From an uncultured delta proteobacterium (lineage in GTDB: Bacteria > Desulfobacterota > RBG-13-43-22): a stretch of DNA of 64,000 bases. The stretch is taken from contig CAWDKY010000015.1 in the NCBI GenBank assembly GCA_963802945.1, positions 192,001 to 256,000 on the forward strand, written 5' to 3'. The position numbers and the translations under genes are program-made. The notes under the pieces are model-generated. The model was given only the letters and a program-made list of their open reading frames with translations. It searched no databases and was not told the DNA's origin. Shown in pieces: positions 10,004 through 18,995 of the stretch. Every line of letters starts with the position of its first letter. The first letter of the stretch is position 1.

Positions 10004-10387
10004 ATGGCATCGTGGTTGACTTTCGTAGTAATTGGGCTCGCAGGTGGAGTCACCGCTGGTTTCTTCGGAATCGGCGGCGGCATTGTCATCGTGCCCATGC
10101 TGATCTACTGGGCGGGCTTCTCCCAACATAAGGCAACGGGGACAAGTCTCGCAGTTCTACTTCCGCCGATCGGCTTGGCGGCTGCTTTCGAATACTACAG
10201 GCACGGCAACGTTGATCTTCGGGCTGCACTGATTGTGGCAAGTACGATGTTTGTTGGTTTATGGCTGGGCGCATATATCGCCAACAAGATAAAGGGGCCG
10301 TATCTGCGCCTAGCGTTCGGGGTGTTCGTGATCGGTCTGGGCATTTATCTGGTTCACGGGGCCTGCAAGCGTTTGGGTTGGATTTGA
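10004..10387 (+). CDS. TauE/SafE (TSUP) family membrane protein, single-repeat form
   Basis: GFFGIGGGIVIVP, SQHKATGTSL; 127 aa; GGAGGA RBS. Confidence 0.85.
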   Translation: MASWLTFVVIGLAGGVTAGFFGIGGGIVIVPMLIYWAGFSQHKATGTSLAVLLPPIGLAAAFEYYRHGNVDLRAALIVASTMFVGLWLGAYIANKIKGPYLRLAFGVFVIGLGIYLVHGACKRLGWI

Positions 10388-10497
10388 CCGGTGGGTGTAT
10401 AGTCATTGGGATCATTTCTTTTATATTGACAAAAATAATTTCAAGAACCTAGGAAAACAATAACATATTAATTCAGAAGAATTTATTAACAAGTGCA

Positions 10498-10605
10498 GGG
10501 GCCAAATTCGTATTCTTGATAATACCTGCCGTTTCTTTAAGAAAAAGAAGATATTTCTATGAGGAGTTTGCGCTAGCCGAAAGTTAAGAATAAATTTTTG
10601 TCCCC
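10498..10605. mobile_element. Family R1 element, copy 3, clearest terminal inverted repeats
   Basis: Left GGGGCCAAATTCGTATTCTTGA vs reverse complement of right end GGGGACAAAAATTTATTCTTAA (16/22); shares the TGCCGTTTCTTT..GAAAAAGAA..TATGAGGAGT core. Confidence 0.7.
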
Positions 10606-10621
10606 TTTTTTTAACAAGATT

Positions 10622-10691
10622 TGAGATTATGAAAATCCCGGGCAGGGCAGATAACATGGGATTTTTTGTACAGACCCAAAGTAATCATTTG
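10622..10691 (+). repeat. ~70-bp direct repeat R2, copy A
   Basis: TGAGATTATGAAAATCCCGGGCAGGGCAGA...ACAGACC...CATTTG aligns with 11185-11257. Confidence 0.75.
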
Positions 10692-10747
10692 TGTTGTGGA
10701 TTTGGCTGAAATTTTGGAACAAGTGGAAATCTGATCAAGATTTTGGA

Positions 10748-11170
10748 ATGCTAATGAAAAAAAAGGAAGGGGCCAGCATTATTTTCATAAATTCAAAAAG
10801 GGAAGTTCTGCTTTTATTGCGGGACAAGAAAAAGGATATTCCCTATCCAAACCACTGGGATGTATTGGGTGGCAATGTCGAAGAAGATGAAGCTCCAAAA
10901 GAATGCATTCTGCGGGAGATGAAAGAGGAAATCGAGTTAAACTTAAGGAACCCGGAGTTATTTAAGGTATATGATATGGAAGATCGAACCGAATATACAT
11001 TTTGGCAAAAAAAAGATCTTGATATCAGCCAAATCAGATTACATGAGGGGCAGAGACTTCAGTGGTTCTCTGAAAATGACGTCAAGAAAATGAAGAAAAA
11101 AGAAATAGCCTTTGGATTTAAAACCATCCTGTTGGATTTCTTTAAAGAAAAGTTGCCTGAATTGCCTTAG
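10748..11170 (+). CDS. NUDIX hydrolase
   Basis: Nudix box GGNVEEDEAPKECILREMKEEI; LLLRD..IPYPNHW. Confidence 0.85.
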   Translation: MLMKKKEGASIIFINSKREVLLLLRDKKKDIPYPNHWDVLGGNVEEDEAPKECILREMKEEIELNLRNPELFKVYDMEDRTEYTFWQKKDLDISQIRLHEGQRLQWFSENDVKKMKKKEIAFGFKTILLDFFKEKLPELP

Positions 11171-11184
11171 TCGGGTAATGGATA

Positions 11185-11257
11185 TGAGATTATGAAAATC
11201 CCAGGCAAGGCAGACAATATGAAATTCCTTTTTATACAGACCTGAAGGAACCATTTG
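11185..11257 (+). repeat. ~70-bp direct repeat R2, copy B
   Basis: Aligns with 10622-10691; first 18 nt identical. Confidence 0.75.
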
Positions 11258-11307
11258 GGGAATAAGGTTAGGCAGAAACTTTAAAATAATTTGTTATAAG
11301 AAAAAAG

Positions 11308-12024
11308 ATGAAAAAAGCCATTGTGATTGGGGCCAGTTCCGGGATAGGGCGTGAGTTGAGTAAAATCTTATCCAGGAATCAGTACACTGTTGGTGTCATG
11401 GCCAGGCGAGTTCATCTGCTGAATGAACTTCGCAACGAACTGGGCAATGATGTGCTTGTTGAGCGGATAGATGTGTCGGACTCCGACTCGGCGAAGGAAG
11501 CGCTCACAAAGCTCATAGGCAGAATGGGTGGCGTGGAGCTTGTGGTAATCAGCGCCGGAACAGGACACTTAAACGATAAACTGGATTGGACGCTCGAAAA
11601 TGAAGCCATTAAGACCAACGTTACCGGCTTTGCCGCTATCGCCAATGTTGCCTTCAAGCACTTCATAGAAAAAGGCTCCGGGCACCTTGTGGGGATTTCG
11701 TCCATTGCAGCCTTACGTGGTGGCCGGGAGTCTCCAGCCTATAACGCATCAAAGGCTTTTGAGTCCAATTATCTGGAAGGGCTTAGGCAGAAGGTCAGGA
11801 GATTGAGGCTGCCGATAACAGTCACTGACATAAAACCGGGATTTGTCAAGACTGCCATGGCCAAAGGAGATGGCATCTTCTGGGCCGCCGATGCGGACAA
11901 AGCTGCCAGGCAGATATTCGAGACCATCAAACGGAAAAAGTCCAAGGCCTATATCACACGGCGTTGGAGACTAATGGCCTGGCTAATAAAGTTGATACCC
12001 GGATTCATCTATGAAAGATTATAA
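11308..12024 (+). CDS. Short-chain dehydrogenase/reductase
   Basis: GASSGIG Rossmann motif, YNASK catalytic motif, PGFVKT. Confidence 0.9.
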   Translation: MKKAIVIGASSGIGRELSKILSRNQYTVGVMARRVHLLNELRNELGNDVLVERIDVSDSDSAKEALTKLIGRMGGVELVVISAGTGHLNDKLDWTLENEAIKTNVTGFAAIANVAFKHFIEKGSGHLVGISSIAALRGGRESPAYNASKAFESNYLEGLRQKVRRLRLPITVTDIKPGFVKTAMAKGDGIFWAADADKAARQIFETIKRKKSKAYITRRWRLMAWLIKLIPGFIYERL

Positions 12025-12166
12025 TATTTCAACCAGGCCAAGGCAGCCGCATTATAAACCAGAGAGCAAATTATTATTCTTGACTCGGCATTACATCCAA
12101 TGAGTACCGGCAAATCATTCGACCCAACCGGAATCGGATTTTGCATAAAGGTTGATGGAGGGAATC

Positions 12167-13138
12167 ATGGCTCTACCTATGGAAAAGGTTCTGTTTGTCA
12201 CCTCGTTTTTCCCTGTGGCCGCCTTTAAGATCATAGCCCGGGTGGGCCAGGCCACCTGGGGCCAGGCCAAGGCGGCTGTTTTGATCGGTTTAATACTGGC
12301 TCTGATTCAATACATGGCCGCCAGGAGAATCCTCAAAACCAACACCTATTTGGAAAAGGCCTTTTTGGGTTTCCTTTTGGTCGGGACGGTTTGGGTCTTT
12401 CTCCTTCCAGTCAAGCCGGCCCATCTTTTCGTGGATCATTCGGTATCCATTCTTTATTTCACCCTTTTTCTGATGACCCTCCTGCCCCAGCTTCTTGGAT
12501 ACGATCCTTTCACCTATGTCATGGCTAAACTATGGAACCCTCCATCGGTCTGGGGAACGGACGATTTTCGCCTAATTAATTTTCGCATCACTTATTTGTG
12601 GAGCGGGGTCTTTTTGGCCTGTTTCCTATCCAGCGCCTGGGGACAGGAGAAACCCTTTTATGCGATCATTATCCCTTTTGCCCTCTGTCTCGGGATTGGG
12701 TTGGTTTTTTCCAAGAAATATCCTGATTATTATCTGAAGAGGAAATATCGGATTGATCCAAAGAAGGCTGCCGCAGTTCCTGATTCCGCCGCGGAAATGA
12801 TTGAGGGAATGCCCGGCGCCTTCGATCCTGAGGCTGCCGGAGACTTGCAGGCTTCTATTCAATTTCTAATATCCGGTAACGATGAAGGGCAATGGACGCT
12901 TTCCATTTCTGGAGGGAAATGTGAAGTCAGGCAGGGACGGATTCCAAACCCCTCTTTGACCATTGAGTCTTCAGGAGAAGTCTGGGTCAAAATGGCCCGT
13001 GGGGAAATTGACCGGCCGAAAGCTTTGACGCAGGGTTTGTATAAAGCCCAGGGTGACTTTTCCTTGTTGTCACGGATGCCTCAGCTCTTCGGGGCAGGAA
13101 GGCAATCGGGAAAAAAGGACTGGATTTCTCTTGCCTAA
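12167..13138 (+). CDS. Membrane protein fused to a C-terminal SCP2 sterol-binding domain
   Basis: ~6 TM helices with PFT..A and IT.LW pattern, then FDPEAAGDLQASIQF...PSLTI...KAQGD SCP2 fold. Confidence 0.75.
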   Translation: MALPMEKVLFVTSFFPVAAFKIIARVGQATWGQAKAAVLIGLILALIQYMAARRILKTNTYLEKAFLGFLLVGTVWVFLLPVKPAHLFVDHSVSILYFTLFLMTLLPQLLGYDPFTYVMAKLWNPPSVWGTDDFRLINFRITYLWSGVFLACFLSSAWGQEKPFYAIIIPFALCLGIGLVFSKKYPDYYLKRKYRIDPKKAAAVPDSAAEMIEGMPGAFDPEAAGDLQASIQFLISGNDEGQWTLSISGGKCEVRQGRIPNPSLTIESSGEVWVKMARGEIDRPKALTQGLYKAQGDFSLLSRMPQLFGAGRQSGKKDWISLA

Positions 13139-13277
13139 CAGGGCATTGTCGGCATTGGGTCAGTCCAAGTGAACCATTCTATATGGCAAGAGCCAGACGA
13201 CATTTCATTTCAGGGTTTAGATGGGGACAGCTGTCCTTAATACGCTGTAATGGTATAAGAATGCAAAAGGAGGGGTT

Positions 13278-13748
13278 ATGAGAAAATTAATTCAGCCAGG
13301 TGAAAAAGCAAAACCGTTTTTACTTAAGGATAACCGGGATAACGAAGTTCGCTTGTCGGACTTTAAAGGGAAGAAGGTGCTCCTTTCTTTTCACCCCCTG
13401 GCCTGGACCAGTGTCTGCGCCCAGCAGATGAAGGCTCTTGAAGAAAATAAGGAGAAATTTGATCTTCTCAATACCGTTGCCCTGGGTTTCAGTATAGACT
13501 CTGTGCCGTCTAAGAATGCCTGGGCAAAAACACTTGGTATTCAAAATACCCGGCTTTTGTGCGACTTCTGGCCCCACGGCCAGATCGCCAAGTCCTATGG
13601 CCTTTTCAGGCCAGCCAATGGCTTCTCGGAGCGGGCCAATATCATCCTTGACGAAAAACATCGGGCTGTACTCATTAAGGTGTATCCTATTGCTCAGTTA
13701 CCTGACTTAGAGGAAATATTTAAGGTCCTTTCGTCAAGCAAGGGATAA
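13278..13748 (+). CDS. Peroxiredoxin (AhpC/TSA, AhpE-like)
   Basis: FHPLAWTSVC peroxidatic motif, DFWPHG, SERA. Confidence 0.9.
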   Translation: MRKLIQPGEKAKPFLLKDNRDNEVRLSDFKGKKVLLSFHPLAWTSVCAQQMKALEENKEKFDLLNTVALGFSIDSVPSKNAWAKTLGIQNTRLLCDFWPHGQIAKSYGLFRPANGFSERANIILDEKHRAVLIKVYPIAQLPDLEEIFKVLSSSKG

Positions 13749-13816
13749 TTTTCCCTTAACGATCGTCGACTAAATACCAAATAATAAAATACTTCCTCAA
13801 GCCTTTGTCATTTGGA

Positions 13817-14464
13817 TTATTTTTTATTGACCATCCTCATGAGCGAATAGACGACCAGGCCGGAAAGGACGGCGATATCCTCGGCCGACAGATACTTTGA
13901 GATGCTGGCATCAAAAAGGAGGTTGCCGTCGGGCGGGAATTCATCGTCTCCGGCCCAGAGGATCAGACAGACCGGGACATGGGGGAAGGTCTGAAAGCAT
14001 AAGGCAACATCCCCTTCAACACCTTTGGTCCCGCCCATTTTCGTCCCCAGCTCAATCAGAAGCCCCGGCTGTGCGCCAAAGGTCCGGACCAGGGGTTCCT
14101 TGGCCCTTTTGGTAAAGGCGGGATAATAAAATTCACCGGAAGGGATTTCACGAAAGGTGATCCAGGAATTGGTCAGAGGAGTCCCTGTGGCCTGAATCAG
14201 ATAATGCATGATCAGCCCCTGTTCCTGGGGAGAGAGATCCTTGGTACCTTCAAGAGAAATCACCTCACCTTCCGGCCAGGTGATCTTGATCTTCCGGTAG
14301 AAAAACGGCAAGTGAAGGACGGCACCTTTTGATTCGGCCTGATAAACAGCCCCGCTGTTTCGGGCCACGATTTGCGGGTCTTTTTTTCTGAATTCACCCC
14401 TGGCGATATCCAGGGCGTTTATATAACCGTCTATTCTGGGCACTGAGGTTCTTTTTGGCTGCAC
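13817..14464 (-). CDS. DUF3786-domain protein
   Basis: HYL, WITFREIPSG, FP.VPV.LILWAGDDEFP..GNLLFD, LSAEDI. Confidence 0.8.
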   Translation of the reverse strand: MQPKRTSVPRIDGYINALDIARGEFRKKDPQIVARNSGAVYQAESKGAVLHLPFFYRKIKITWPEGEVISLEGTKDLSPQEQGLIMHYLIQATGTPLTNSWITFREIPSGEFYYPAFTKRAKEPLVRTFGAQPGLLIELGTKMGGTKGVEGDVALCFQTFPHVPVCLILWAGDDEFPPDGNLLFDASISKYLSAEDIAVLSGLVVYSLMRMVNKK

Positions 14465-15726
14465 TGGGTGCAGATGGTTTTGTCTTTGAGATCAATCAGA
14501 CGATATCCCCGGGCGCAGATCTGATCACGAAGCCGATCGGCCTCGGCAAATTCCTTGCGTTGGCGGGCCATATCCCTACGGCTCAACAGGGTTTGCACCT
14601 CTATTGGCAAACCCGTTTCCGTGAAATCCATAATTTGTAATACCGAGTTCACCTTTCGCAGAACCTGATCGATTTCCGTGAATTCCGAGCTGGAGATCCT
14701 TTTTTCCACCAGGATGGGATTGATGGTCCGAACTAGTGTAAATAAAGCCGACAGGGCCAGGGAGATGTTCAGGTCGTCATCCATGGCCTCTTTAAAATGC
14801 GTCTTAAAGAGAAAAAGGGCTTCGGCCACTTCGGCGGTTTCTACCGAACCGGGCTGAACACTATAAAGCTTCTGCATGAATTCATCTAACCGTTTTAAGG
14901 TCTTTCGAGAAGCCTCCAAGGCCTTCAGATTAAAGGAAAGGGGTTTCCGGTAGTGGGTTGACATGAGCCAGTAACGGATCTCACGCCCGGTAAATCCCTG
15001 TTCCAGAAGGTCACGCAAGGTTCGGGCATTGCCGGCGGCCCTGGACATTTTCTTGCCGTCCACCATGACCAATTCGCTGTGGAGCCAGTAATTGACGAAT
15101 TTCTTTCCGCTGGCCGCTTCACTGATAGCGATTTCATTTTCATGATGGGGGAAAATCAGGTCCACCCCGCTGGTATGAATATCAAAGGTTTCGCCCAGGT
15201 ACTTCTGGGCCATGGCCGAACACTCGATATGCCACCCCGGACGCACATTTCCCCATTCGGTGGCCGTAAAAATCCCTTTCTTCAATTCCGCCAAATTCGA
15301 CCGCTTAAACAGGGTGAAATCCCTGGGATTGTCCTTTTCATATTCATCCAGGTCAACGGTTTTCCCGACCTGGATCTGCTTTAAATCCACCCGCGAAAGA
15401 CGGCCGTAATCTTTAAACCGGGAGATGTCAAAATACAGGGATCGCAGTTTTTCATAGGCAAAACCTTTGTTAAGGAGTGTCCGGGTCAGGGCGAGCATAT
15501 CCTCCACATGTTCACTGGCCTTGGGATAATGGGCGGCCCGTTTGATCCGCAGGGTATCAATGTCTTTCAAAAATTCTTCCGTATAATGCCCGGTAAACTC
15601 GTTTAACGATTGCTGGGCGGCCTCGGCCCCCTGAATGGTCCGATCGTGCAAATCAGTGATGTTCATGATGTGTAAGACTTCCAGACCTTTGAATTCCAGA
15701 TAACGGCGTAACAGATCAGCCACCAC
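14431..15726 (-). CDS. cysS: Cysteinyl-tRNA synthetase moiety of a cysteine synthase-CysRS fusion (after the frameshift near 15741)
   Basis: [51 protein letters not shown]; its N-terminus ([15 protein letters not shown]) lies in the upstream ORF. Confidence 0.9.
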   Translation of the reverse strand: MVADLLRRYLEFKGLEVLHIMNITDLHDRTIQGAEAAQQSLNEFTGHYTEEFLKDIDTLRIKRAAHYPKASEHVEDMLALTRTLLNKGFAYEKLRSLYFDISRFKDYGRLSRVDLKQIQVGKTVDLDEYEKDNPRDFTLFKRSNLAELKKGIFTATEWGNVRPGWHIECSAMAQKYLGETFDIHTSGVDLIFPHHENEIAISEAASGKKFVNYWLHSELVMVDGKKMSRAAGNARTLRDLLEQGFTGREIRYWLMSTHYRKPLSFNLKALEASRKTLKRLDEFMQKLYSVQPGSVETAEVAEALFLFKTHFKEAMDDDLNISLALSALFTLVRTINPILVEKRISSSEFTEIDQVLRKVNSVLQIMDFTETGLPIEVQTLLSRRDMARQRKEFAEADRLRDQICARGYRLIDLKDKTICTQCSQKEPQCPE

Positions 15727-16771
15727 AAACCTCCGGCAAGGGCCCGAGAGGAATCAGGTCATTGACCGTTGGACCGCAGGAATAGATGGAAACTTTTCCT
15801 TCCTTGATCGGCACAAAAGATTCTTTTTTACGGGTCAGGGTATTATAAAAGATCAGGCCGGCCTTTTCTTTTTCCGCAAACAGGGTGGTACTTAGATATC
15901 GTTCCCCGCCATCAGGACAAATGACCACGATCATCCCTTTTTTCAGCGGCTGGGCTTTATGCAGAGCTGCAGCCACGGCCGCCCCGGAACTCATTCCAAC
16001 CAGGAGCCCTTCTTCCCGGGCCATTTTCCGGGCGGTTTCAAAGGCCTCCTCATCTTCTACATGAACCACTTCGTCCAGGATATTTTTATCATAGATCCCC
16101 GGCTTGTAAGATTCCTTCATGTTTTTGAGCCCCTGTATCTTATGGCCCAGATAAGGCTCCACCCCGATGATTTTAATGGCCGGATTGAATTCTTTTAGGC
16201 GACGGGTCATACCCATCAGGGTACCGGTGGTACCCATGGTAGCTACGACCATGGTCACCTTGCCTTTGGTCTGCTCCCAAATTTCCCGGCCTGTCCCCTG
16301 ATAGTGAGCGGCGGCATTGTCTTCATTATTAAACTGATCGAGAAGACAGTATTTGTCCGGTTTCTCCCGGGCCATCTGATAGACGGTCTCGATGGATCCG
16401 TCAGTACCTTGACGAGCCGGGGTTAAAAGGAGCTTAGCCCCGTAGGCCTTGAGGATCTTTTGCCGTTCAATACTGGCCGATTCGGGCATGGCCAGCAGCA
16501 ATGGATAACCTTTGACAGCCGCAACCATGGCCAGACCGATTCCGGTATTGCCCGACGTGGCTTCGATGATGGTCTTGTCTTTGGTCAGAGACCCATTTTT
16601 TTCAGCGGCCTCAATCATGGACAAGGCGATGCGGTCCTTGACCGATCCTCCAGGATTAAAGGATTCGAGTTTGGCCCAGATGGTTACCTTTTTGTTAGTA
16701 TTCAATCGGTTCAAACGTACCAGGGGGGTATTGCCGATCAGATTTAATATGTCGGGATAGGCATGCTTCAT
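15716..16771 (-). CDS. cysK: PLP-dependent cysteine synthase domain continuing in frame into the CysRS N-terminus
   Basis: [36 protein letters not shown] then [18 protein letters not shown]; ATG at 16771 after AAGGAAG; CysK vs CysM subtype uncertain. Confidence 0.85.
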   Translation of the reverse strand: MKHAYPDILNLIGNTPLVRLNRLNTNKKVTIWAKLESFNPGGSVKDRIALSMIEAAEKNGSLTKDKTIIEATSGNTGIGLAMVAAVKGYPLLLAMPESASIERQKILKAYGAKLLLTPARQGTDGSIETVYQMAREKPDKYCLLDQFNNEDNAAAHYQGTGREIWEQTKGKVTMVVATMGTTGTLMGMTRRLKEFNPAIKIIGVEPYLGHKIQGLKNMKESYKPGIYDKNILDEVVHVEDEEAFETARKMAREEGLLVGMSSGAAVAAALHKAQPLKKGMIVVICPDGGERYLSTTLFAEKEKAGLIFYNTLTRKKESFVPIKEGKVSIYSCGPTVNDLIPLGPLPEVCGG

Positions 16772-16775
16772 GGAA

Positions 16776-16985
16776 TTATTTCTTCCTTCTGATTTTTGTT
16801 TTATTGATTCGTTCATACAAGGCAATTTGTTCGGCCATCGAAAGCTTTTTATGGGCCGCTTTTTGTGGGGATCGGCAAAGACGACAGCGATCCTGGGAGC
16901 AGCCTTGACAATAATAACAATCCGGACAACGACGGCGGCGCCTTCCATTTGCCGGAAAGTTCAGGTTACATTCTTTTCTTGGCAT
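16776..16985 (-). CDS. Small six-cysteine protein (putative metal-binding)
   Basis: [18 protein letters not shown] then [15 protein letters not shown]; stop 4 bp before the cysteine synthase ATG; alternative GTG at 17000. Confidence 0.65.
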   Translation of the reverse strand: MPRKECNLNFPANGRRRRRCPDCYYCQGCSQDRCRLCRSPQKAAHKKLSMAEQIALYERINKTKIRRKK

Positions 16986-17097
16986 AAGGAGTAACCCCAC
17001 AGATCGAGGTTCGAGGACCGGAGTAAAAGAGGAGAAATTTTTCTAATCCTTTTTCCTTTCACCTTTTCCCTTTCGCCTTGTGCCTCTCTACTCATGC

Positions 17098-18928
17098 CTA
17101 TTCCACCACCACGCTCTTGGCCAGATTGCGCGGCTGATCCACATCAGTACCTCGTAAAACGGCGATATGATAAGCCAGCAGTTGTAAGGGAACAGCAAAT
17201 AAAATAGGGGACAACCCCCAGCCGGCCTTAGGTAGTTGTATTAAATCATTGGCCTTGGGTCCGACCTTCCCACCTTTTTTTTCATCGGTCAGGGCGATGA
17301 TAATCCCGCCCCTGGCCCGAACCTCTTCAATATTGCTGAACACCTTTTCCTGAATTTCGTTTTGAGGGGCCAAAAAAACCGTAGGCATCTTTTCGTCAAT
17401 CAGGGCGATGGGGCCGTGTTTCATTTCACCGGCCGGGTAGCCTTCGGCGTGAATATAGGAGATTTCTTTTAATTTCAAGGCCCCTTCCAGGGCAATGGGG
17501 TAATGGATGCCCCGGCCCAGGAATAAAAAGTCCTGAGCTTGGAAATATTTATGAGCGACAGATTGAATTTGTCCTTCTTCCTCCAAGATCTGCTCTATCC
17601 CGTGAGGGATACGCAAAAGTTCCTGAATCATTTCCAACCGGTTTTTTTTAGAGATCCTTTTTAAGACCTGTCCGATGTGTAAGGTCATCAGATAAAGTGC
17701 CGTCAGTTGGGTAGTAAAGGCCTTGGTCGAGGCCACCCCGATTTCCGGACCGGCATGGGTATAGATCACCCCGTCGGCTTCGCGGGCGATGCTGCTGCCA
17801 ACGACATTACAGATGGCTAAAATCCTGGCCTTTTTCTTTTTGCCTTCTCGAAAGGCGGCTAGGGTATCGGCCGTCTCCCCGGATTGGGATATCAAAATCA
17901 GCAGAGTCTTGGAATTGACGATGGGATTTCGGTAGCGGTATTCCGAGGCATAATCAACGGTCGTGGGGATACGGCAATATTCTTCCAAAAGAAACTTGCC
18001 GACCAGGGCCGCATGCCAGGAGGTCCCGCAGGCAATAATATTGATCTGATCGATCTCCTTCAACTCTTCGGCGGAAAGTTTGATTTCCGGCAGGATGACC
18101 TTTCCTTTTTCCGGTGAAATCCGTCCGCGGAAGGTGTCGATGACCGCCTGAGGTTGTTCAAAGATTTCTTTCTGCATGAAATGCTTATACCCGGCCTTCT
18201 CGGCCATGACGGGGCTCCAGGAGATCTTTTGGACCTCCTTTTTTATTTTCTCATTTTTCAATGACAAAACCCGGGGAAAGGGTTTTTCAATCACGACCAT
18301 TTCCCCATCTTCCAGATAAATAACCCGGTTGGTGTGGTGGAGGAAAGCCATCACATCGGAAGCAATAAAGAATTCCTCTTCTCCGATCCCGACGATCAAA
18401 GGACATTCCTTGCGAACGGCCACGATGCGATCCGGATCCTGACTGTCCATGATGACCAGGGCATAAGAGCCTCTTATCTTTTCCAGGGCCAATTGAACCG
18501 CCTTCACCACATCCCGGCCTTTCAAATATTTGTTGATCAGGTGGGCGACAATCTCTGAATCGGTTTCCGATGAAAATTGACAACCTTCGTCCGCGAGTTG
18601 TTTTTTGAGATCCAGATAATTTTCGATGATCCCATTATGGACTAGAGCGATCCGGCCGGCTACATGGGGATGGGCATTGGTTTCCGAAGGACGGCCGTGG
18701 GTGGCCCAGCGGGTGTGCCCTATCCCGATTCGGCCGGAAATGGGGTTCTGGGAAAGAAGCCGGCCCAATTCACTCAGTTTTCCCTGACTCCGGCGCACCT
18801 CAAAGCGTTGATCCTGAATCACGGCAATTCCGGCTGAATCGTAGCCCCGGTATTCCAATTTTTTTAATCCCTCAAAAATGACCTCTACGGGATTTTTGAG
18901 AACCAAGGTATCCTATAATGCCGCACAT
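17098..18928 (-). CDS. glmS: Glutamine-fructose-6-phosphate transaminase; one extra base near 18894
   Basis: MCGIIGYLG start at 18928 joins [15 protein letters not shown] on removing one A of a run; GHTRWATHG; ends [11 protein letters not shown]. Confidence 0.95.
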
Positions 18929-18995
18929 AGGTCTTCTCCTTTAGATTTTCACATCTTGGATTTGAAGAATTAAGTCACCTTTTAAGATGCTAACA

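Noticed and set aside
7909-10605. CRISPR array
   Set aside because: Repeats are ~105 bp and separated by whole genes; no cas genes.
13225-13236. Palindrome GGACAGCTGTCC before the peroxiredoxin
   Set aside because: Single 12-bp palindrome; operator, collapsed element or chance cannot be distinguished.
15735-15750. Programmed ribosomal frameshift in the cysK-cysS fusion
   Set aside because: No slippery heptamer, and similar one-base indels are common in this window; error is simpler.
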